A DNA stretch of 56,869 bases from positions 1 through 56,869 of the forward strand of contig JBGQHJ010000011.1 in NCBI GenBank assembly GCA_041497895.1, read 5' to 3'. Position 1 is the stretch's first letter, and every line of letters begins with the position of its first letter. Below are positions 27,095 to 35,460 of this stretch, piece after piece. The stretch is from Candidatus Methylomirabilia bacterium. GTDB taxonomy: Bacteria > Methylomirabilota > Methylomirabilia > Rokubacteriales > CSP1-6. The notes below the pieces were generated by a model. That model saw only the letters and a program-made list of their open reading frames with translations, was not told the origin of the DNA and ran no database searches. The translations under genes were made by a program, and so were the position numbers.

Positions 27095-28093
27095 ATGCAG
27101 GAGCTGCTGCTTCCAGTCCGTCACGAGTGGCTCGCCCGTGAGCGTGCCTACGGGAAGATCGCCATCGAGCCGTTCGAGCCGGGCTTCGCCCTGACCGCGG
27201 GCAACGCCTACCGGCGCGTGCTCCTGTCCTCGATCTCCGGATCGGCGCCCACCTGGGTCAAGATCGAGGGCGTGCTGCACGAGTTCTCGCACCTGGTCGG
27301 CGTGCGCGAGGACACCCTCGACATCATCCTGAACCTGCGCAAGCTGGTGTTCACCCTGCACGTGAACCGGCCGAAGCTGCTCCGCCTGAAGGTCCAGGGG
27401 GTGCGGACGGTCACCGCGCGGGACTTCGAGCCGGATCCCGACGTGGAGATCCTGACCCCGGAGGTGGCGCTGGCCACGCTGGACAAGGACGGCAGCCTCG
27501 AGATGGAAGTGTGCGTGGAGCGTGGGCGCGGCTACCAGCCCGCCGAGAAGCGCGAGCCGGAGGCGCTGCCCATCAACGCCATGCTGATGGACGCGGACTT
27601 CTCGCCGGTGAAGCGCGTGAACTTCCACGTGGAGAGCCAGCCGGGCGGGCACGAGCGGCTGGTGATCGAGCTGTGGACGAACGGCACCGTGACGCCCGAG
27701 ATGGCCATCGCGGACGCCTCGCGCATCCTGGACGACCAGTTCGCGCTGCTGATCGACTTCCCGGTGGCGACGCCGGAGGAGACCGTGGGCACCGAGCAGG
27801 GAGCGGAGCCCCCGCCGCGCAGCGAGGTGAACGAGCACCTCTTCCGCAACGTGGACGAGCTCGAGCTGTCGGTCCGCGCGTCGAACTGCCTCAAGACCGC
27901 CAACATCCGGACCATCGCCGACCTCGTGCAGAAGACGGAGTCGGAGCTGCTGAAGACCAAGAACTTCGGCAAGAAGTCGCTGAACGAGATCAAGACCATC
28001 CTGGGAGAGATGGGGCTCTCCCTCGGCATGCGTCTCGATCCCGAGGAGCTGGAGCGGCTGCGCGCGCACTACGAGCGCAGCTTCGAGACCTAG
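27095..28093 (+). CDS. rpoA: RNA polymerase alpha subunit, stand-alone divergent copy
   Basis: [29 protein letters not shown]; alpha-[15 protein letters not shown]...[11 protein letters not shown]. Confidence 0.95.
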   Translation: MQELLLPVRHEWLARERAYGKIAIEPFEPGFALTAGNAYRRVLLSSISGSAPTWVKIEGVLHEFSHLVGVREDTLDIILNLRKLVFTLHVNRPKLLRLKVQGVRTVTARDFEPDPDVEILTPEVALATLDKDGSLEMEVCVERGRGYQPAEKREPEALPINAMLMDADFSPVKRVNFHVESQPGGHERLVIELWTNGTVTPEMAIADASRILDDQFALLIDFPVATPEETVGTEQGAEPPPRSEVNEHLFRNVDELELSVRASNCLKTANIRTIADLVQKTESELLKTKNFGKKSLNEIKTILGEMGLSLGMRLDPEELERLRAHYERSFET

Positions 28094-28133
28094 TCTCCCT
28101 CCCGCATCCCGCGCGTCCCATCACGGCCTCCGG

Positions 28134-30521
28134 TCACCCGGGGGCCGTGGTGTTTTCGGGGTCCTCCAGGGGGAACGTGTCGGTGGCGCGGCGAGCCCAC
28201 GCGGTCACGCGCAGGACGGTCCCGTCGGTCTCGAGGATGACCGCGCCGTCGCGGTCGGTGCGGTAGACGCGCGCCCCGGCCGCCTCGAGCCGGGCGAGGG
28301 TTTCCGGGCTCGGATGGCGGAAGGGATTGCGCGCGCCGACCGAGACCACCGCCACCCGGGGCCGGGCCGCGGCCAGGAACGGCGCGCCGGTCGAGGAGCG
28401 ACTGCCGTGGTGGGCCACCTTGAGCGCCAGCACGCGCAGGGGGCCGTCGCGCTCGAGCATGAGCGCCTCACCGCGCGCGCCCAGGTCGCCGGGCAGCAGC
28501 AGCGAGAAGCCGCGCCAGTCGAGGCGCAGCACGAGCGACTCGTCGTTGGCGGCCTGCGGAGGGCCCGGCGCCGGCCCCATCACGGTGAGCACCGCGTGGC
28601 CCAGCCAGAGCCGCTGGCCCGCGGTGAGTACGCGCCGCGGCACCCGCGCGCGGGAGAGCGCCGCCGCCGTCTCGGCTGCGCCGCCGGGGGCCCGGCCGCT
28701 CTCCCAGAGCTCGCCCACCGGGAAGCGCGCGAGCACCGCGGCCAGACCCCCCGAGTGGTCGGCGTCCCAGTGGGACAGCGCGATCACGTCCAGGCGGCCG
28801 AGCGGCCGGTTCCAGAGGAACGGGGCGAGCACGCGCTCGCCCACGTCGAAGCGCCCCGCCCCGCCCGGCCCGCCGTCCACGAGCAGCCGCGGGCCGTCCG
28901 GCATCTCGACCAGGATGGCGTCGCCCTGGCCGACGTCCAGGATGGTCACCCGCAGCATGCGCTCGGTGGGCCGGAGCCAGGGCCAGGCCGACAGCGTCGC
29001 GACCGTCAGCAGGAGGGCGCCCAGGAGCGCGCGGCGTCGGCGCGAGCCGGCGACCTCGGGCGCCAGCAGCACCGCGCCGTACCACGCGAGCGACGCGGCG
29101 AGCGTGGGAGCCGGGAGATACACCATGGCGGCGGGGAGCGAGGCGGCCAGGGCGACGAGGGCACGCAGCATCAAGAGGATCAGCCAGAGGCACTCGAAGA
29201 GGAGGGACCCGAGCGGGCCCGGGAGCAGCTCGGCCAGCAGCGCGACCATGCCGAGCGTGGTGGCCACTGCGGCGAGTGGCACCACCGCGAGGTTGGCGGC
29301 GACGCCGATCAGCGAGAGCTGGTTGAAGTGGGTCACCATGAGCGGGGTGACCACGGCCTGCGCCCCGAGGCTGACCGCGACCGCGGCCGCCAGCCAGGGC
29401 GGGACGCCGCGCGCGGTCAGGCGCTCGGTCAGCCACGGCGCCAGGTAGACGATGCCCGTGGTCGCCGCGAACGACAGCTGGAAGCCGGGCTCCCACAGGT
29501 CTCCGGGCCGCCACAGGAGCAGCCCGAGCGTGGCGAGGGCCAGCGCGTTGGGAAGCTGCGACTGGCGATCGAGGAGTAGCGCGGCGAGCAGGAGCAGGCC
29601 CATCACGGTGGCGCGCAGCACCGAGGGCTGGCCGCCCACCACGAGCGCGAAGCCGATGAGCACCGCCGCCGCGACCACCGCGACCATCCGGCGGGGAATC
29701 CCGCAGATCGCGAGGCCGGCGAACACCGCGCCGGCCAGGAGTGCCACGTTGAACCCCGATACCGCGAGGATGTGGTAGACGCCGGCGCGGCGGAAGGCCT
29801 CGTCGCTCGTGGGCGGAAGCGCCGACCGCTCGCCCAGGAGCAGCCCGGCCAGCAGCGCCGCCGAGGTCTCGGGCAGGCGCCTCGCGATCACGTCCACCGC
29901 CCACCGCTTCACGGTCACGCGCCAGGGCGGCGTGTCCGGCGTGAGGGCGGTGAGCCGGTCGGCGCGCGCGTGTCCGACCAGCAGGATGCCCTCGCGCCGG
30001 AGGTGGGCCGGGTAGTCGAAGCCGCCCGGGTTGCGATAGCCGATCGGGCGATGCACGCGCGCGTCGACGAGCACGCGCTGCCCCTCGCCGACCGGCGCGG
30101 TCAGCTCGCCGTAGATCGTGAGCTGCACGAGGCCCACCGCGGGGAGCCGCTCGGGGCCCAGGTGCGTGGCCTCCACGTCGAGGAGGAGCCGCACGCGGTC
30201 CGGGGCCCAGCGCACCGGCTCCTGGGCAAGGCGGCCCTCGAGCACGACCGCGCCCTCGAAGCCGCGACGGACGACGTGATCATCGGGCAGGGGAGGCGAC
30301 GCCGCGCGGAGCGCGCCGAGCGTGGCCACGCCGGCCAGGACCAGGGCCAGCGCGAGCCACCGCCATCGCGCGGCCGTCGCCAGGGCGGCGAGCAACAGCA
30401 CGGCGCCGGTGGCCAGCAGAGCGGGCGAGGGCAGCGTGATCCACGACGCGGCCGCGAGCCCCGCCGCGAAGGAGGCGGCGGGCGGCAGGAGCGGCGCGGC
30501 CGCGAGCCAGCGCTCAGTCAC
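28134..30521 (-). CDS. comEC: DNA internalization competence protein ComEC/Rec2
   Basis: NPGGFDY, HILAVSG, GFQLSF, DVGQGD, SHWDADH, HHGS, YRTD. Confidence 0.95.
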   Translation of the reverse strand: MTERWLAAAPLLPPAASFAAGLAAASWITLPSPALLATGAVLLLAALATAARWRWLALALVLAGVATLGALRAASPPLPDDHVVRRGFEGAVVLEGRLAQEPVRWAPDRVRLLLDVEATHLGPERLPAVGLVQLTIYGELTAPVGEGQRVLVDARVHRPIGYRNPGGFDYPAHLRREGILLVGHARADRLTALTPDTPPWRVTVKRWAVDVIARRLPETSAALLAGLLLGERSALPPTSDEAFRRAGVYHILAVSGFNVALLAGAVFAGLAICGIPRRMVAVVAAAVLIGFALVVGGQPSVLRATVMGLLLLAALLLDRQSQLPNALALATLGLLLWRPGDLWEPGFQLSFAATTGIVYLAPWLTERLTARGVPPWLAAAVAVSLGAQAVVTPLMVTHFNQLSLIGVAANLAVVPLAAVATTLGMVALLAELLPGPLGSLLFECLWLILLMLRALVALAASLPAAMVYLPAPTLAASLAWYGAVLLAPEVAGSRRRRALLGALLLTVATLSAWPWLRPTERMLRVTILDVGQGDAILVEMPDGPRLLVDGGPGGAGRFDVGERVLAPFLWNRPLGRLDVIALSHWDADHSGGLAAVLARFPVGELWESGRAPGGAAETAAALSRARVPRRVLTAGQRLWLGHAVLTVMGPAPGPPQAANDESLVLRLDWRGFSLLLPGDLGARGEALMLERDGPLRVLALKVAHHGSRSSTGAPFLAAARPRVAVVSVGARNPFRHPSPETLARLEAAGARVYRTDRDGAVILETDGTVLRVTAWARRATDTFPLEDPENTTAPG

Positions 30522-30987
30522 GCACCGTGATGAAGGGGCGGATCGCGGCTAGCTTCTTGGGCCCCATGCCGAGCACGTAGCGCAGAGCTTCCGGCGAATC
30601 GAAGCGGCCGCGGCGCTCGCGCTCCTCGACGATGCGCTGGGCCATGCCCGCGCCCACCCCGGGCAGCCGCGCGAAGGCGGCCGCGTCGGCTTGGTTGACG
30701 TCGAGCGGCTCGGCCGGCGGCGAGGGGGATGGCGTCGACGCAGCCGGCGCCGCCGGGGTCTTGGCGGCCGGACCGGGTCGACGAGAGCCCGGCGCCGACG
30801 GGCCCGCGGGGATGGAGGGGACGGGCGCGGCCTCGGGCAAGAGTGGCGCAGTGTCCTCGTTGTCGAAGCGCTCGAGCCGCTCGGCCGCGTCGGGGAATCC
30901 CGCGCGCCACTCGCGCACGCCGAGGCCCACCAGGAGCGTGAGCGCCAGGAGGATCAGGAGGCGGAGCTGCGGGCCGGGGTAGAGCAT
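30514..30987 (-). CDS. comEA: ComEA-family helix-hairpin-helix DNA-binding protein
   Basis: TM, Pro-rich linker, DVNQAD...LPGVG...GMGPKK; adjacent to comEC. Confidence 0.85.
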   Translation of the reverse strand: MLYPGPQLRLLILLALTLLVGLGVREWRAGFPDAAERLERFDNEDTAPLLPEAAPVPSIPAGPSAPGSRRPGPAAKTPAAPAASTPSPSPPAEPLDVNQADAAAFARLPGVGAGMAQRIVEERERRGRFDSPEALRYVLGMGPKKLAAIRPFITVRD

Positions 30988-31028
30988 GCCGGTACCGTCG
31001 CACGGGGCGAGGCAGCCGACTAGAGTGA

Positions 31029-31056
31029 GAGTTCGGATACCTCCAGGTGTATCTGG
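31029..31056. repeat. 28-bp direct repeat copy 1 (GATAC-N8-GTATC core)
   Basis: 22/28 identical to 32009-32036. Confidence 0.7.
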
Positions 31057-31186
31057 GCGGATTCGCTCACGAACGAGCTTTCACCATGCGACGGCTCTGA
31101 GGAGCCGTGCGCGTCCACGAGGGACCTTGGCGAGTCGCCCGCACTCTGGTAGGCTCCGGCCGCTCAGGGTAGAGGAGGGAAGCTCC

Positions 31187-31450
31187 GTGAACCCCTACGT
31201 GCTGCTCGCTCTCGTCGCGCTCCTCGCCAGCGCCCTGATTGGCGGCTTGCTCTGGCGATTGTGGGAGCAGCGCGAGCAGCGAGACGCGGAAGAGAAGTGG
31301 CAGGAGCGGGAGCGCCTGCTGGACCGCCGCAGACCGATTGCCACGCGGGAAGAGATTCTCGGGCGGCGGTTGCGGCGGAGACGGCCTACTTACCGAGGGC
31401 GGCAAACCGCCGGACCCTCCCGCGGAGGCCGAGGCTCTCGGCGGGGGTGA
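31187..31450 (+). CDS. Small single-pass membrane protein
   Basis: GGAGG SD + GTG; hydrophobic N-terminus, Arg-rich tail. Confidence 0.6.
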   Translation: MNPYVLLALVALLASALIGGLLWRLWEQREQRDAEEKWQERERLLDRRRPIATREEILGRRLRRRRPTYRGRQTAGPSRGGRGSRRG

Positions 31451-31521
31451 TACGGCGGAGCCATGCACCGCCCGGTCTGGCTCGAAGAGCACGGCGGGCC
31501 TTCCGGGTCTAGAATGCCCTC

Positions 31522-31770
31522 ATGGTAGACAGCTTCCGCGAGTTCGAGGCGTCGAGTCTCTTCTGCCCCCGCTGCAAGCAGGCAAATCCGGTCAGGAAGC
31601 AGCTCCTCCTGGTTCTGCCCGACGGCAACAAGTACGACTACACTTGCAGCGTGTGCGGAACCCAGGTCGGCGGCAAGACCGACTCCGACAGTAGCGAGTT
31701 TCACCAGTTGGCGTCTCGGAAGCCCTTACCGTCGAGTCCAGGTCACCCGTCCTCACGGCCACCGCGCTAG
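31522..31770 (+). CDS. Small zinc-ribbon protein
   Basis: CPRC...CSVC; TAGAAT 6 nt before ATG. Confidence 0.75.
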   Translation: MVDSFREFEASSLFCPRCKQANPVRKQLLLVLPDGNKYDYTCSVCGTQVGGKTDSDSSEFHQLASRKPLPSSPGHPSSRPPR

Positions 31771-31793
31771 TCGGTCTGGCTCGACCAGCCACG

Positions 31794-31979
31794 GTGATGT
31801 TCATGGTACGAGCAGCACTCGTCTTGGCCGCTTTGACCATCCTGGCCGGATGCAGCAGCGTGCCGATCTCGCCGACCTACACCCAGGACGAACTCAAGGC
31901 GATCTGCGAGCGCCACGGCGGCTGGTGGCACCCGGACGAGCTGATGGGCGGGTTTTGTGAGCAAGACAGCCGGATATGA
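31794..31979 (+). CDS. Small lipoprotein
   Basis: Lipobox LAGC; CERHGGWW...GGFC. Confidence 0.7.
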   Translation: MMFMVRAALVLAALTILAGCSSVPISPTYTQDELKAICERHGGWWHPDELMGGFCEQDSRI

Positions 31980-32008
31980 ACCCTTGCGGTCGTCGCCCTC
32001 GAGGGACT

Positions 32009-32036
32009 GAGTCTAGATATCTCGGGGTGTATCTGG
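32009..32036. repeat. 28-bp direct repeat copy 2
   Basis: GAGTCTAGATATCTCGGGGTGTATCTGG, 980 bp from copy 1. Confidence 0.7.
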
Positions 32037-32055
32037 TCGAGACCGCTGACGAGAC

Positions 32056-32364
32056 TCACTTCCCCCCGGGCCCACGCGGCTCCGCGGTGTCCGGGAGGCA
32101 GCGGTAGGAGGCAGCGACGACCGGCACGGGTAGCTGGTCCTGTGGGCTCGCCTCACCTGCCGCCCGCAGATACGCCCGTTGGATCTCCTCGCGTGACCTC
32201 TGCTCGCTCAGGCACTCGGTGAGCGTGGCGTGCCCACTCACGGGGACGAGCGCGCCTTGCTTGCCGATCTCGGCGAGCATCCACGAGCCGCCGGCCGAGG
32301 TCGGCGTGACGAGCGCGAGGAGGCACGGCAGGGGAAGCAGGAAGCGAGCGCAGCGGTTGGCCAT
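32056..32364 (-). CDS. Small secreted hypothetical protein
   Basis: Signal-like N-terminus; C-terminal YRCLPDTAEPRGP; starts just after SBP stop. Confidence 0.6.
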   Translation of the reverse strand: MANRCARFLLPLPCLLALVTPTSAGGSWMLAEIGKQGALVPVSGHATLTECLSEQRSREEIQRAYLRAAGEASPQDQLPVPVVAASYRCLPDTAEPRGPGGK

Positions 32365-32366
32365 CG

Positions 32367-33350
32367 CTACTCGATCACCTGGTCCGCGCGGAGCAGCAGC
32401 GCGGGCGGAAGCGTCAGGCCGAGCGCCCTCGCGGTCTTCAGGTTGATCGTGAGGTAGTAGCGGCCCGGCCGCTCGACGGGCAAGCTGCTCGGGGCGGCTC
32501 CCTTGAAGATCCGATCCACGTAGGTCGCGGCGCGGCGAAAGTTGTCGTCCTGGTTCGCGCCGTACGACATCAGCCCGCCGTCCTGGACAAGGAGACTGGC
32601 CTCGTACATCGCCGGGATCCGATGCACGAGCGCGTAGTCGATGACGCGCTTGCGGTTGAGGAGGGTCAGAGCGTCCGTGACCATGATCAGCGCGTCGGGC
32701 GGGTTGGCGGTCATGGCCGAGAAGGCCATGTCGAAGTCGTCCGGCTCGCGGACGCCGAGCGCCTGCACCGTGACGTGGAGCGTGCGGGCCGCCTTCTCCA
32801 CTTCCCGGTAGCGCAGCGTCATTCCCCGATCGTCCGCGTTCCAGAGCACCGCGATGCGCGTCGCGCGCGGCACCGCTTCGGTGATGATCTCCAGGCGTTT
32901 CGCGCTGAGCTCGACGGACTGATCGGTGACGCCGGTCACGTTGCCTCCGGGTCGTGCGAGGCTGTCGATCAGGCCGAGGCCGTCGGCGTCGCCGACCAGG
33001 GCCATCACGACCGGGATCGACGGCGACGCCTGCTTGGCCGCCGCGGACGACGGACCTCCTACGGTCACGACGACGTCGACCTTGAGCGCGACGAGCTCGG
33101 CGGCGAGCCCGGGGAGCCGGTCCTGCTTGGCGTTGGCCCACCGGCTCAGGTAGGTGACGTTCTGCGGCTCGACGTAGCCGAGCTCCTGGAGGGCCTGGCG
33201 CAGCGGCAGCGGGGGGGCACCGTCCGGGGGCCGACCGCCGCCGGACAGGAAGCCGACTCGCCACATCCGGGCCTTCTGCTGCGCGTCGGCGGCGGGCGGC
33301 GTGGACAGAAGGCCGGCGGTGAGCAGCCCGAGGAACGTCCGGCGCTCCAT
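32367..33350 (-). CDS. ABC transporter substrate-binding protein (ABC_sub_bind family)
   Basis: MERRTFL signal, SLARPGGNVTG, GGLMSYG, INLKTARALGL, LLLRADQVIE. Confidence 0.92.
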   Translation of the reverse strand: MERRTFLGLLTAGLLSTPPAADAQQKARMWRVGFLSGGGRPPDGAPPLPLRQALQELGYVEPQNVTYLSRWANAKQDRLPGLAAELVALKVDVVVTVGGPSSAAAKQASPSIPVVMALVGDADGLGLIDSLARPGGNVTGVTDQSVELSAKRLEIITEAVPRATRIAVLWNADDRGMTLRYREVEKAARTLHVTVQALGVREPDDFDMAFSAMTANPPDALIMVTDALTLLNRKRVIDYALVHRIPAMYEASLLVQDGGLMSYGANQDDNFRRAATYVDRIFKGAAPSSLPVERPGRYYLTINLKTARALGLTLPPALLLRADQVIE

Positions 33351-33444
33351 CACTCGATTCTCCGCACCATCGGCGGCAGCGTACGGCCGGGCGGGACGTG
33401 CGTCAAGGGCCGGCCGCTTGTCTTTCCGCGCCGCTCCGGCGAGA

Positions 33445-33590
33445 ATTCGACGCGCGAGGCTTCGCTCCCATCTCGTCCTGCTCGTGCTCGCGGTACTCGT
33501 GCCCATGGTGGTGTTCTCCACCATCGTGATCGTGGCGTTCGGGCGCCTGCCGCGCGCGGCGGTGCGGGACGGCGCGGTCGAGCGGACGCG
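33445..33590 (+). pseudogene. N-terminal remnant of a membrane sensor (histidine kinase-like)
   Basis: RLRSHLVLLVLAVLVPMVVFS first-TM pattern, then loss of plausible sequence. Confidence 0.45.
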
Positions 33591-33735
33591 AGACGGTATG
33601 CGCCTCGAGCGCGCGGCCGAAGGCGGGCTCCCCGACGTGGACGTCGGGAGTGACGTAGTGAGGTCGGCTGAGCGTGCGTCCCGGCAGCAGGACGGCGAGC
33701 GCGAGGCCGAGGCACCACGAGACGATACGTCGCAT
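33589..33735 (-). pseudogene. N-terminal remnant of an exported protein (possibly cardiolipin synthase-like)
   Basis: Signal-like start, then PDVHVGEPAFGRALEAHT; truncated where it meets the opposite remnant. Confidence 0.35.
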
Positions 33736-33879
33736 GGCCGCGATGACGGCAGCGAGCATGCCAGCGCGCGGAGATCCCCGGAATGTCTGAGATCCAGGGC
33801 GATCAGGCCGGGCGACGCCGACCGCGCGGCGGGTAGGAACGACGGGATCCGATCGGAAAAGTTTCCGGCCGCCCGCCGC

Positions 33880-34233
33880 TCACCGTCGCCACGGCGCCTG
33901 CTCGAGGAGCCGGCCGAGGTCGAGGAGATCAGCCTCGAGCCCATCGATCGCGGCGGCGGCCCCGTCGAGACGGCCCTCCCGTCCCATCGCCTCGAGATCG
34001 ACGGCCCGTTGCCGCACGCCCGGCGCCCGGAAGTAGCCGACCGCGCCGCTCACGCCGTGAGCGACCTTGAAGACGGCCTGGGCGTCACCGCGGAGGAGGG
34101 CGGACCGGAGCTCGGCGATCCAAAGCGGGACTTCCGCGGTGAAGGCGGCGGCCAGCTCGTCGAGGAGCTCGCAGTCGCCGTCGACGCTCGCGAGGAGGGC
34201 GTCGACATCGAGGTCGATCCGGGAGCCGCTCAT
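33880..34233 (-). CDS. Hpt domain protein
   Basis: LLDELAAAF...VAHGVSGAVG...LE helical bundle pattern; divergent from response regulator. Confidence 0.8.
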   Translation of the reverse strand: MSGSRIDLDVDALLASVDGDCELLDELAAAFTAEVPLWIAELRSALLRGDAQAVFKVAHGVSGAVGYFRAPGVRQRAVDLEAMGREGRLDGAAAAIDGLEADLLDLGRLLEQAPWRR

Positions 34234-34319
34234 GGCCGCACGCGCATGCTCCGAGGATACGAGATGGCGACCACGAAAGGGGGCGTTCGATCTATCCTGG
34301 GCCTGGACATGCCGCCGCC

Positions 34320-34940
34320 ATGAACGCCACCCTCCGGGTCCTGATCGCGGACGACGACCCCATCGCGCGCCGATTCCTCGAGAGCGCGGTGAGCCGGGCC
34401 GGGTACGAGGCGGTGGTGGTGTCGGCGGGCGACGAGGCGTGGCGGGTCCTGAGCGCCGAGGACGGCCCGGGCGTCGCGGTGCTCGACTGGATGATGCCGG
34501 GCCTGACCGGGATCGAGGTCTGCGAGAAGGTGCGCGCGGCGGGCCTGCGGATCCCGCCCTACCTCATCGTGCTCACCTCACGAGGCGCCACCGACGACGT
34601 GGTGCGGGCCCTCCGGGCGGGTGCCGACGACCACATCACCAAACCCTTCGACCTCGAGGAGCTGCGGGCCCGGCTGGCGGTCGGGGTGCGGATCGTGACG
34701 CTCCAGCGCCAGCTCGCGGACCGGATCCTCGAGCTCGAGGAAGCCCTGGCGCACGTGCAGCAGCTCCAGGGGCTCATACCCATCTGCGCGTGGTGCCGAC
34801 AGGTGCGGAGCGACGGCGACTTCTGGGAGCAGGTGGAGAGCTATCTGGCCCGGCGCTCCGGCCTGCAGTTCTCGCACGCCATCTGCCCCACCTGTCGGAA
34901 GCGGGAGCTGGACGAGGCCCGGCAGTCCGGCGCGGGGTAG
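34320..34940 (+). CDS. Response regulator with C-terminal Cys-rich domain
   Basis: ADDD, DWMMPG, KPF; IPICAWC...SHAICPTC. Confidence 0.9.
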   Translation: MNATLRVLIADDDPIARRFLESAVSRAGYEAVVVSAGDEAWRVLSAEDGPGVAVLDWMMPGLTGIEVCEKVRAAGLRIPPYLIVLTSRGATDDVVRALRAGADDHITKPFDLEELRARLAVGVRIVTLQRQLADRILELEEALAHVQQLQGLIPICAWCRQVRSDGDFWEQVESYLARRSGLQFSHAICPTCRKRELDEARQSGAG

Positions 34941-35062
34941 CGCGGCGGCGGTTTTCGCGGCCGGGCGATCGTGTTACAGTTCGCCGTGCCGTGGATAGCC
35001 GTTGATGGCCGGGCCGCCGGCGGCCCGCGCATCGGCAACGTTCTCGTCGATATCCGATCCCA

Positions 35063-35392
35063 GTGGCCGAAAACTTCGTCATCCTGTTCGTCATCGCCGC
35101 GCTCGCGGGCGGGTTCGCCTTCGTGCTGTTCACCGCCATGTGGCGTGTCGAGCGGCGCGCTCACTGGGGTCGCGAGGCGGGGATCAGGCGGAGCCAGCGC
35201 CTCGAGCGGCGCGTCTTCCTGGTCGGGGTGGGGCTCGTGATCGCGATGGTGGCGGCGGTCGCGGCGGTGCGGCTCATCCGGGCGCCGGGGTGCACCGGCT
35301 CCGTGGTGGTGGTGGCGGGCCCCAACGGGCGGCCGCTCGAGTGCGTGTGCGAGCACGGCCGGCGTGGGGCCTGCTTCGATCCAGGCCCCTAG
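35063..35392 (+). CDS. Small two-TM hypothetical protein
   Basis: Two hydrophobic helices, C-terminal four-Cys segment. Confidence 0.6.
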   Translation: MAENFVILFVIAALAGGFAFVLFTAMWRVERRAHWGREAGIRRSQRLERRVFLVGVGLVIAMVAAVAAVRLIRAPGCTGSVVVVAGPNGRPLECVCEHGRRGACFDPGP

Positions 35393-35426
35393 CGGGAGGC
35401 GGGCCAGGCCCCTAGCGGGAGGCGGG
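35381..35426. repeat. 23-bp tandem duplication
   Basis: CCAGGCCCCTAGCGGGAGGCGGG twice. Confidence 0.85.
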
Positions 35427-35460
35427 CCCGCGCGGGCGGCCGGCCGGTGCGCGCCGCGCG

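Noticed and set aside
31029..31056. Chromosomal dif site
   Set aside because: Left arm loosely resembles a XerC arm but there is no TTATGT XerD arm; kept only as a generic recombination-like repeat.
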